Made by a program: the position numbers and the translations under genes. The notes beneath the pieces were generated by a model. The model saw only the letters and a program-made list of their open reading frames with translations, was not told where the DNA came from and searched no databases. Of a DNA stretch of 64,000 nt, positions 40,001-52,000 are shown piece after piece. The stretch's first letter is position 1. Each line of letters opens with the position of its first letter. The DNA is from Balanoglossus misakiensis (taxonomy: Eukaryota; Animalia; Hemichordata). The stretch lies in assembly GCA_040954595.2 (NCBI GenBank), contig CM082582.2:12024415-12088414 (forward strand). The letters are read 5' to 3'.

Positions 40001-43000
40001 ATTTTTCGACTTTGCGAAATTTCAAAATTTCTTCATTTTTTGAAAAAACCATGGGTTATAGCTCATGAAAATCATCCAAAAATGAGAATTTTTCGACTTT
40101 GCGGAATTTCAAAATTTGGCCGATTTTTGAAAAAATCATGGGTTATAGCTCATGAAAATCATCCAAAAATGAGAATTTTTCGACTTTGCGGAATTTCAAA
40201 ATTTGGCCGATTTTTGAAAAAATCATGGGTTATAGCTCATGAAAATCATCCAAAAATGAGAATTTTTCGACTTTGCGGAATTTCAAAATTTGGCCGATTT
40301 TTGAAAAAATCATGGGTTATAGCTCATGAAAATCATCCAAAAATGACAATTTTTCGACTTTGCGAAATTTCAAAATTTCTTCATTTTTTGAAAAAACCAT
40401 GGGTTATAGCTCAAGAAAATCATCCAAAAATGAGAATTTTTCGACTTTGCGGAATTTCAAAATTTGGCCGATTTTTGAAAAAATCATGGGTTATAGCTCA
40501 TGAAAATCATCCAAAAATGAGAATTTTTCGACCTTGCGGAATTTCAAAATTTGGCCGATTTTTGAAAAAATCATGGGTTATAGCTCATGAAAATCATCCA
40601 AAAATGAGAATTCTTCGACTTTGCGGAATTTCAAAATTTGGCCGATTTTTGAAAAAATCATGGGTTATAGCTCATGAAAATCATCCAAAAATGAGAATTT
40701 TTCGACTTTGCGGAATTTCAAAATTTGGCCGATTTTTGAAAAAATCATGGGTTATAGCTCATGAAAATCATCCAAAAATGAGAATTTTTCGACTTTGCGG
40801 AATTTCAAAATTTGGCCGATTTTTGAAAAAATCATGGGTTATAGCTCATGAAAATCATCCAAAAATGAGAATTTTTCGACTTTGCGGAATTTCAAAATTT
40901 GGCCGATTTTTGAAAAAATCATGGGTTATAGCTCATGAAAATCATCCAAAAATGAGAATTTTTCGACTTTGCGGAATTTCAAAATTTGGCCGATTTTTGA
41001 AAAAATCATGGGTTATAGCTCATGAAAATCATCCAAAAATGAGAATTTTTCGACTTTGCGGAATTTCAAAATTTGGCCGATTTTTGAAAAAATCATGGGT
41101 TATAGCTCATGAAAATCATCCAAAAATGACAATTTTTCGACTTTGCGAAATTTCAAAATTTCTTCATTTTTGAAAAAATCATGGGTTATAGCTCATGAAA
41201 ATCATCCAAAAATGAGAATTTTTCGACCTTGCGGAATTTCAAAATTTGGCCGATTTTTGAAAAAATCATGGGTTATAGCTCATGAAAATCATCCAAAAAT
41301 GAGAATTCTTCGACTTTGCGGAATTTCAAAATTTGGCCGATTTTTGAAAAAATCATGGGTTATAGCTCATGAAAATCATCCAAAAATGAGAATTTTTCGA
41401 CTTTGCGGAATTTCAAAATTTGGCCGATTTTTGAAAAAATCATGGGTTATAGCTCATGAAAATCATCCAAAAATGAGAATTTTTCGACTTTGCGGAATTT
41501 CAAAATTTGGCCGATTTTTGAAAAAATCATGGGTTATAGCTCATGAAAATCATCCAAAAATGAGATTTTTTCGACTTTGCGGAATTTCAAAATTTGGCCG
41601 ATTTTTGAAAAAATCATGGGTTATAGCTCATGAAAATCATCCAAAAATGAGAATTTTTCGACTTTGCGGAATTTCAAAATTTGGCCGATTTTTGAAAAAA
41701 TCATGGGTTATAGCTCATGAAAATCATCCAAAAATGAAAATTTTTCGACTTTGCGGAATTTCAAAATTTAGCCGATTTTTGAAAAAATCATGGGTTATAG
41801 CTCATGAAAATCATCCAAAAATGACAATTTTTCGACTTTGCGAAATTTCAAAATTTCTTCATTTTTTGAAAAAAATCATGGGTTATAGCTCATGAAAATC
41901 ATCCAAAATGAAAATTTTTCGACTTTGCGAAATTTCAAAATTTCTTCATTTTTTTGAAAAAACCATGGGTTATAGCTCATGAAAATCATCCAAAAATGAC
42001 AATTTTTCGACTTTGCGAAATTTCAAAATTTCTTCATTTTTTGAAAAAACCATGGGTTATAGCTCATGAAAATCATCCAAAAATGAGAATTTTTCGACTT
42101 TGCGGAATTTCAAAATTTGGCCGATTTTTGAAAAAATCATGGGTTATAGCTCATGAAAATCATCCAAAAATGAGAATTTTTCGACTTTGCGGAATTTCAA
42201 AATTTGGCCGATTTTTGAAAAAATCATGGGTTATAGCTCATGAAAATCATCCAAAAATGAGAATTTTTCGACTTTGCGGAATTTCAAAATTTGGCCGATT
42301 TTTGAAAAAATCATGGGTTATAGCTCATGAAAATCATCCAAAAATGACAATTTTTCGACTTTGCGAAATTTCAAAATTTCTTCATTTTTTGAAAAAACCA
42401 TGGGTTATAGCTCATGAAAATCATCCAAAAATGAGAATTTTTCGACTTTGCGGAATTTCAAAATTTGGCCGATTTTTGAAAAAATCATGGGTTATAGCTC
42501 ATGAAAATCATCCAAAAATGAGAATTTTTCGACCTTGCGGAATTTCAAAATTTGGCCGATTTTTGAAAAAATCATGGGTTATAGCTCATGAAAATCATCC
42601 AAAAATGAGAATTCTTCGACTTTGCGGAATTTCAAAATTTGGCCGATTTTTGAAAAAATCATGGGTTATAGCTCATGAAAATCATCCAAAAATGAGAATT
42701 TTTCGACTTTGCGGAATTTCAAAATTTGGCCGATTTTTGAAAAAATCATGGGTTATAGCTCATGAAAATCATCCAAAAATGAGAATTTTTCGACTTTGCG
42801 GAATTTCAAAATTTGGCCGATTTTTGAAAAAATCATGGGTTATAGCTCATGAAAATCATCCAAAAATGAGAATTTTTCGACTTTGCGGAATTTCAAAATT
42901 TGGCCGATTTTTGAAAAAATCATGGGTTATAGCTCATGAAAATCATCCAAAAATGAGAATTTTTCGACTTTGCGGAATTTCAAAATTTGGCCGATTTTTG

Positions 43001-46000
43001 AAAAAATCATGGGTTATAGCTCATGAAAATCATCCAAAAATGAGAATTTTTCGACTTTGCGGAATTTCAAAATTTGGCCGATTTTTGAAAAAATCATGGG
43101 TTATAGCTCATGAAAATCATCCAAAAATGACAATTTTTCGACTTTGCGAAATTTCAAAATTTCTTCATTTTTTGAAAAAAATCATGGGTTATAGCTCATG
43201 AAAATCATCCAAAAATGACAATTTTTCGACTTTGCGAAATTTCAAAATTTCTTCATTTTTTGAAAAAACCATGGGTTATAGCTCATGAAAATCATCCAAA
43301 AATGACAATTTTTCGACTTTGCGGAATTTCAAAATTTGGCCGATTTTTGAAAAAATCATGGGTTATAGCTCATGAAAATCATCCAAAAATGAGAATTTTT
43401 CGACTTTGCGGAATTTCAAAATTTGGCCGATTTTTGAAAAAATCATGGGTTATAGCTCATGAAAATCATCCAAAAATGAGAATTTTTCGACTTTGCGGAA
43501 TTTCAAAATTTGGCCGATTTTTGAAAAAATAATGGGTTATAGCTCATGAAAATCATCCAAAAATGAGAATTTTTCGACTTTGCGGAATTTCAAAATTTGG
43601 CCGATTTTTGAAAAAATCATGGGTTATAGCTCATGAAAATCATCCAAAAATGACAATTTTTCGACTTTGCGGAATTTCAAAATTTGGCCGATTTTTGAAA
43701 AAATCATGGGTTATAGCTCATGAAAATCATCCAAAAATGAGCATTTTTCGACTTTGCGGAATTTCAAAATTTGGCCGATTTTTGAAAAAATCATGGGTTA
43801 TAGCTCATGAAAATCATCCAAAAATGAGAATTTTTCGACTTTGCGGAATTTCAAAATTTGGCCGATTTTTGAAAAAATCATGGGTTATAGCTCATGAAAA
43901 TCATCCAAAAATGAGAATTTTTCGACTTTGCGGAATTTCAAAATTTGGCCGATTTTTGAAAAAATCATGGGTTATAGCTCATGAAAATCATCCAAAAATG
44001 ACAATTTTTCGACTTTGCGAAATTTCAAAATTTCTTCATTTTTTGAAAAAATCATGGGTTATAGCTCATGAAAATCATCCAAAAATGACAATTTTTCGAC
44101 TTAGCGAAATTTCAAAATTTCTTCATTTTATTGAAAAAATCATGGGTTATAGCTCATGAAAATCATCCAAAAATGAGAATTTTTCGACTTTGCGGAATTT
44201 CAAAATTTGGCCGATTTTTGAAAAAATCATGGGTTATAGCTCATGAAAATCATCCAAAAATGAGAATTTTTCGACTTTGCGGAATTTTTAAAATTTGGCC
44301 GATTTTTCAAAAAAAAATCATGGGTTATCCTGAAAATCATCCAAAATGACAATTTTTCGACTTTGCGAAATTTCAAAATTTCTTCATTTTTTTGAAAAAA
44401 CCATGGGTTATAGCTCATGAAAATCATCCAAAAATGACAATTTTTCGACTTTGCGAAATTTCAAAATTTCTTCATTTTTTGAAAAAACCATGGGTTATAG
44501 CTCATGAAAATCATCCAAAAATGAGAATTTTTCGACTTTGCGGAATTTCAAAATTTGGCCGATTTTTGAAAAAATCATGGGTTATAGCTCATGAAAATCA
44601 TCCAAAAATGAGAATTTTTCGACTTTGAGGAATTTCAAAATTTGGCCGATTTTTGAAAAAATCATGGGTTATAGCTCATGAAAATCATCCAAAAATGAGA
44701 ATTTTTCGACTTTGCGGAATTTCAAAATTTGGCCGATTTTTGAAAAAATCATGGGTTATAGCTCATGAAAATCATCCAAAAATGAGAATTTTTCGACTTT
44801 GCGGAATTTCAAAATTTGGCCGATTTTTGAAAAAAATCATGGGTTATAGCTCATGAAAATCATCCAAAAATGAGAATTTTTCGACTTTGCGGAATTTCAA
44901 AATTTGGCCGATTTTTGAAAAAATCATGGGTTATAGCCCATGAAAATCATCCAAAAATGAGAATTTTTCGACTTTGCGGAATTTCAAAATTTGGCCGATT
45001 TTTGAAAAAATCATGAGTTATAGCTCATGAAAATCATCCAAAAATGAGAATTTTTCGACTTTGCGGAATTTCAAAATTTGGCCGATTTTTGAAAAAATCA
45101 TGGGTTATAGCTCATGAAAATCATCCAAAAATGAGAATTTTTCGACTTTGCGGAATTTCAAAATTTGGCCGATTTTTGAAAAAATCATGGGTTATAGCTC
45201 ATGAAAATCATCCAAAAATGAGAATTTTTCGACTTTGCGGAATTTCAAAATTTGGCCGATTTTTGAAAAAATCATGGGTTATAGCTCATGAAAATCATCC
45301 AAAAATGAGAATTTTTCGACTTTGCGGAATTTCAAAATTTGGCCGATTTTTGAAAAAATCATGGGTTATAGCTCATGAAAATCATCCAAAAATGAGAATT
45401 TTTCGACTTTGCGGAATTTCAAAATTTGGCCGAGTTTTGAAAAAAATCATGGGTTATAGCTCATGAAAATCATCCAAAAATGAGAATTTTTCGACTTTGC
45501 GGAATTTCAAAATTTGGCCGATTTTTGAAAAAATCATGGGTTATAGCTCATGAAAATCATCCAAAAATGAGAATTTTTCGACTTTGCGGAATTTCAAAAT
45601 TTGGCCGATTTTTTAAAAAATCATGGGTTATAGCTCATGAAAATCATCCAAAAATGAGAATTTTTCGACTTTGCGGAATTTCAAAATTTGGCCGATTTTT
45701 GAAAAAATCATGGGTTATAGCTCATGAAAATCATCCAAAAATGAGAATTTTTCGACTTTGCGGAATTTCAAAATTTGGCCGATTTTTGAAAAAATCATGG
45801 GTTATAGCTCATGAAAATCATCCAAAAATGAGAATTTTTCGACTTTGCGGAATTTCAAAATTTGGCCGATTTTTGAAAAAATCATGGGTAATAGCTCATG
45901 AAAATCATCCAAGAATGAGAATTTTTCGACTTTGCGAAATTTCAAAATTTCTTCATTTTTTGAAAAAAATCATGGGTTATAGCTCATGAAAATCATCCAA

Positions 46001-49000
46001 AATGAAAATTTTTCGACTTTGCGAAATTTCAAAATTTCTTCATTTTTTTGAAAAAACCATGGGTTATAGCTCATGAAAATCATCCAAAAATGACAATTTT
46101 TCGACTTTGCGAAATTTCAAAATTTCATCATTTTTTGAAAAAAATCATGGGTTATAGCTCATGAAAATCATCCAAAAATGACAATTTTTCGACTTTGCGA
46201 AATTTCAAAATTTCTTCATTTTTTGAAAAAATCATGGGTTATAGCTCATGAAAATCATCCAAAAATGACAATTTTTCGACTTTGCGAAATTTCAAAATTT
46301 CTTCATTTTTTGAAAAAATCATGGGTTATAGCTCATGAAAATCATCCAAAAATGACAATTTTTCGACTTAGCGAAATTTCAAAATTTCTTCATTTTATTG
46401 AAAAAACCATGGGTTATAGCTCATGAAAATCATCCAAAAATGACAATTTTTCGACTTTGCGAAATTTCAAAATTTCTTCATTTTTTTTAAAAAAACCATG
46501 GGTTATAGCTCATGAAAATCATCCAAAAATGACAATTTTTCGACTTTGCGAAATTTCAAAATTTCTTCATTTTTTTGAAAAAACCATGGGTTATAGCTCA
46601 TGAAAATCATCCAAAAATGAGAATTTTTCGACTTTGCGGAATTTCAAAATTTGGCCGATTTTTGAAATAATCATGGGTTATAGCTCATGAAAATCATCCA
46701 AAAATGAGAATTTTTCGACTTTGCGGAATTTCAAAATTTGGCCGATTTTTGAAAAAATCATGGGTTATAGCTCATGAAAATCATCCAAAAATGACAATTT
46801 TTCGACTTTGCGAAATTTCAAAATTTCTTCATTTTTTTGAAAAAACCATGGGTTATAGCTCATGAAAATCATCCAAAAATGACAATTTTTCGACTTTGCG
46901 AAATTTCAAAATTTCTTCATTTTTTTGAAAAAACCATGGGTTATAGCTCATGAAAATCATCCAAAAATGACAATTTTTCGACTTTGCGAAATTTCAAAAT
47001 TTCTTCATTTTTTGAAAAAATCATGGGTTATAGCTCATGAAAATCATCCAAAAATGACAATTTTTCGACTTTGCGAAATTTCAAAATTCCTTCATTTTTT
47101 TGAAAAAACCATGGGTTATAGCTCATGAAAATCTTCCAAAAATGAGAATTTTTCGACTTTGCGAAATTTCAAAATTTCTTCATTTTTTGAAAAAATCATG
47201 GGTTATAGCTCATGAAAATCATCCAAAAATGAGAATTTTTCGACTTTGCGGAATTTCAAAATTTGGCCGATTTTTGAAAAAATCATGGGTTATAGCTCAT
47301 GAAAATCATCCAAAAATGAGAATTTTTCGACTTTGCGGAATTTCAAAATTTGGCCGATTTTTGAAAAAATCATGGGTTATAGCTCATGAAAATCATCCAA
47401 AAATGACAATTTTTCGACTTTGCGAAATTTCAAAATTTGGCCGATTTTTGAAAAAATCATGGGTTATAGCTCATGAAAATCATCCAAAAATGAGAATTTT
47501 TCGACTTTGCGGAATTTCAAAATTTGGCCGATTTTTGAAAAAATCATGGGTTATAGCTCATGAAAATCATCCAAAAATGAGAATTTTTCGACTTTGCGGA
47601 ATTTCAAAATTTGGCCGATTTTTGAAAAAATCATGGGTTATAGCTCATGAAAATCATCCAAAAATGAGAATTTTTCGACTTTGCGGAATTTCAAAATTTG
47701 GCCGATTTTTGAAAAAATCTTGGGTTATAGCTCATGAAAATCATCCAAAAATGAGAATTTTTCGACTTTGCGGAATTTCAAAATTTGGCCGATTTTTGAA
47801 AAAATCATGGGTTATAGCTTATGAAAATCATCCAAAAATGAGAATTTTTTGACTTTGCGAAATTTCAAAATTTCTTCATTTTATTGAAAAAACCATGGGT
47901 TATAGCACATGAAAATCATCCAAAAATGACAATTTTTCGACTTTGCGAAATTTCAAAATTTCTTCATTTTTTTGAAAAAACCATGGGTTATAGCTCATGA
48001 AAATCATCCAAAAATGACAATTTTTCGACTTTGCGAAATTTCAAAATTTCTTCATTTTTTGAAAAAATCATGGGTTATAGCTCATGAAAATGATCCAAAA
48101 ATGACAATTTTTCGACTTTGCGAAATTTCAAAATTTCTTCATTTTTTTGAAAAAACCATGGGTTATAGCTCATGAAAATCATCCAAAAATGACAATTTTT
48201 TGACTTTGCGAAATTTCAAAATTCCTTCATTTTTTGAAAAAACCATGGGTTATAGCTCATGAAAATCATCCAAAAATGACAATTTTTCGACTTTGCGAAA
48301 TTTCAAAATTCCTTCATTTTTTTGAAAAAACCATGGGTTATAGCTCATGAAAATCTTCCAAAAATGAGAATTTTTCGACTTTGCGAAATTTCAAAATTTC
48401 TTCATTTTTTGAAAAAATCATGGGTTATAGCTCATGAAAATCATCCAAAAATGAGAATTTTTCGACTTTGCGGAATTTCAAAATTTGGCCGATTTTTGAA
48501 AAAATCATGGGTTATAGCTCATGAAAATCATCCAAAAATGAGAATTTTTCGACTTTGCGGAATTTCAAAATTTGGCCGATTTTTGAAAAAATCATGGGTT
48601 ATAGCTCATGAAAATCATCCAAAAATGAGAATTTTTCGACTTTGCGGAATTTCAAAATTTGGCCGATTTTTGAAAAAATCATGGGTTATAGCTCATGAAA
48701 ATCATCCAAAAATGAGAATTTTTCGACTTTGCGGAATTTCAAAATTTGGCCGATTTTTGAAAAAATCATGGGTTATAGCTCATGAAAATCATCCAAAAAT
48801 GAGAATTTTTCGACTTTGCGGAATTTCAAAATTTGGCCGATTTTTGAAAAAATCATGGGTTATAGCTCATGAAAATCATCCAAAAATGAGAATTTTTCGA
48901 CTTTGCGAAATTTCAAAATTTGGCCGATTTTTTGAAAAAATCATGGGTTATAGCTCATGAAAATCATCCAAAAATGACAATTTTTTGACTTTGCGAAATT

Positions 49001-52000
49001 TCAAAATTTCTTCATTTTATTGAAAAAAACATGGGTTATAGCACATGAAAATCATCCAAAAATGACAATTTTTCGACTTTGCGAAATTTCAAAATTTCTT
49101 CATTTTTTTGAAAAAACCATGGGTTATAGCTCATGAAAATCATCCAAAAATGACAATTTTTCGACTTTGCGAAATTTCAAAATTTCTTCATTTTTTGAAA
49201 AAATCATGGGTTATAGCTCATGAAAATCATCCAAAAATGACAATTTTTCGACTTTGCGAAATTTCAAAATTTCTTCATTTTTGAAAAAATCATGGGTTAT
49301 AGCTCATGAAAATCATCCAAAAATGACAATTTTTCGACTTTGCGAAATTTCAAAATTTCTTCATTTTTTTGAAAAAACCATGGGTTATAGCTCATGAAAA
49401 TCATCCAAAAATGACAATTTTTTGACTTTGCGAAATTTCAAAATTCCTTCATTTTTTGAAAAAACCATGGGTTATAGCTCATGAAAATCATCCAAAAATG
49501 ACAATTTTTCGACTTTGCGAAATTTCAAAATTCCTTCATTTTTTTGAAAAAACCATGGGTTATAGCTCATGAAAATCTTCCAAAAATGAGAATTTTTCGA
49601 CTTTGCGAAATTTCAAAATTTCTTCATTTTTTGAAAAAATCATGGGTTATAGCTCATGAAAATCATCCAAAAATGAGAATTTTTCGACTTTGCGAAATTT
49701 TAAAATTTCTTCATTTTTTGAAAAAATCATGGGTTATAGCTCATGAAAATCATCCAAAAATGACAATTTTTCGACTTTGCGAAATTTCAAAATTTCTTCA
49801 TTTTTTGAAAAAAATCATGGGTTATAGCTCATGAAAATCATCCAAAAATGACAATTTTTCGACTTTGCGAAATTTCAAAATTTCTTCATTTTTTGAAAAA
49901 ATCATGGGTTATAGCTCATGAAAATCATCCAAAAATGACAATTTTTCGACTTTGCGAAATTTCAAAATTTCTTCATTTTTTTGAAAAAACCATGGGTTAT
50001 AGCTCATGAAAATCATCCAAAAATGACAATTTTTCGACTTTGCGGAATTTCAAATTTTCTTCATTTTTTGAAAAAAATCATGGGTTATAGCTCATGAAAA
50101 TCATCCAAAAATGACAATTTTTCGACTTTGCGAAATTTGAAAATTTCGTCGATTTTTTAAAAAAATCATGGGTTATAGCTCATGAAAATCATCCAAAAAT
50201 GACAATTTTTCGACTTTGCGAAAAGTCAAAATTTTGTCGATTTTTGAAAAAAATCATGGGTTATAGCTTATGAAAATCATCCAAAAATGACAATTTTTCG
50301 ACTTTGCGAAATTTCAAAATTTCTTCATTTTTTTGAAAAAATCATGGGTTATAGATCATGAAAATCATCCAAAAATGACAATTTTTCGACTTTGCGAAAT
50401 TTCTAAATTTCTTCATTTTTTGAAAAAACCATGGGTTATAGCTCATGAAAATCATCCAAAAATGACAATTTTTCGACTTTGCGAAATTTCAAAATTTCTT
50501 CATTTTTTTAAAAAAACCATGGGTTATAGCTCATGAAAATCATCAAAAAATGACAATTTTTCGACTTTGTGAATTTTCAAAGTTTCTTCATTTATAAAAA
50601 AAAAATGTCAAAATGATCAAAATTTCCAAAGTCAAGATTTTGTCATTTTTTAAGCGTTCATGAGCTATAATCCATGCATATGACATGAAAATGCCAAAAT
50701 GACCAAAATTTCCGAAGTCAAGATTTTGTCATTTTTTGAGCGCTCATGAGCTATAATCCATGCATATGACATGAAAATGCCAAAATGACCAAAATTTCCA
50801 AAGTCAAGATTTTGTCATTTTTTAAGCGTTCATGAGCTATAATCCATGCATATGACATGAAAATGCCAAAATGACCAAAATTTCCAAAGTCAAGATTTTG
50901 TCATTTTTAAGCGTTCATGAGCTATAATCCATTCATATGACATGAAAATGCCAAAACGACCAAAATTTCCAAAGTCAAGATTTTGTCATTTTTAAGCGTT
51001 CATGAGCTATAATCCATTCATATGACATGAAAATGCCAAAAGTCAAGAATTTGTCATTTTTGAGCATAAACCATGCTAGCAATATGGGGTAGATCAGTGA
51101 ACCATTGAACTATGTGAAACGTACGACCACCAAAATTTTACAAATATCAAAACTTACTATTAAGTATAATGAACGTTGATAATTCCTCTCAGCCCCTAGC
51201 CTTTTGGATCCCTAAAGACCCTTAATATGCGCTCAAGGTGAAAGTTTAAGCACAAGGCGAAGGCCGACAAAACACTAATGAAAAGGAGATTGTTGATTAA
51301 TATTTTTTCAATTTAAAGATGGTCTACCATAATCTGGCATGTAACTATGAACTCTACTACTTAGTTAGCTTTCTATTCTCCTAATATGTGCTTTCCATGA
51401 TATATGCTCTTATCTCTGATGACATGTCATATTCTGTCTATTCAAGGAACCTCATTTTTCGATTCTAAAGAAACCTCGTGTGTTCGTGGAATTGACTTTT
51501 AAATCCTGAACGTGGCTTCGAAATCGGCAATTTTTATTTTGGCAAATTCATACGTGCATGTGTGTAAGGTCTGAAATGTCTGACCTATGAAGAGAGAGAG
51601 GGAGAACACAGTAAAGGCAGTGACTGGTTTCATTGTTCGCCAAATCATGTCTACAGACTGATGCTGGTTTTTCTCCCATTTACTTGATTTAAGATTTGAA
51701 TCCCCCGTTGTTTTTGACGACACTTTGTGCATGTTATGAATCGCTTGGGATTCTCCTTGAAAAGACGGGAAAAGCCGACGTCGGGAAGCCTGAGGCTGTG
51801 GATGGGATCAAGAATCTCTAGCTGACGGCAAATTGAGCAATCAGGAAGCAAGAACGTGGAAATCTCTCTCTTGTAGAGAGACGTGAGACGGATGAGTCAG
51901 GTACGGCGTATTTTGTACTAAGTACATCATCACGCTGTTTTGTGAAATCGGGTAAAAGCTTTTCACTATTTTGGAGAGGCTCTCGAGTTTTTATCTGGCC

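Larger units (their letters stand above)
25524..51221. mobile_element. Possible non-autonomous Kolobok-like DNA transposon enclosing the whole satellite
   Basis: CTAA|GGGTCatccgg at 25520-25534 and cctaaaGACCC|TTAA at 51211-51225, 150-200 bp outside the repeat blocks. TTAA target plus RR...YY termini is the Kolobok signature, but the inverted repeat is short and imperfect. Confidence 0.3.

Noticed and set aside
25992-50536. Dozens of long + strand ORFs (up to 1053 aa) repeating [29 protein letters not shown]
   Set aside because: The monomer is 87 = 29x3 nt and happens to be stop-free in one frame. The frame is broken repeatedly by homopolymer indels and stops, variants show no obvious synonymous bias, there is no promoter or unique domain, and it lies antisense in a Tbx20 intron.
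25961-50603. CRISPR array interpretation
   Set aside because: No unique spacers, no cas genes, and a eukaryotic intronic context.
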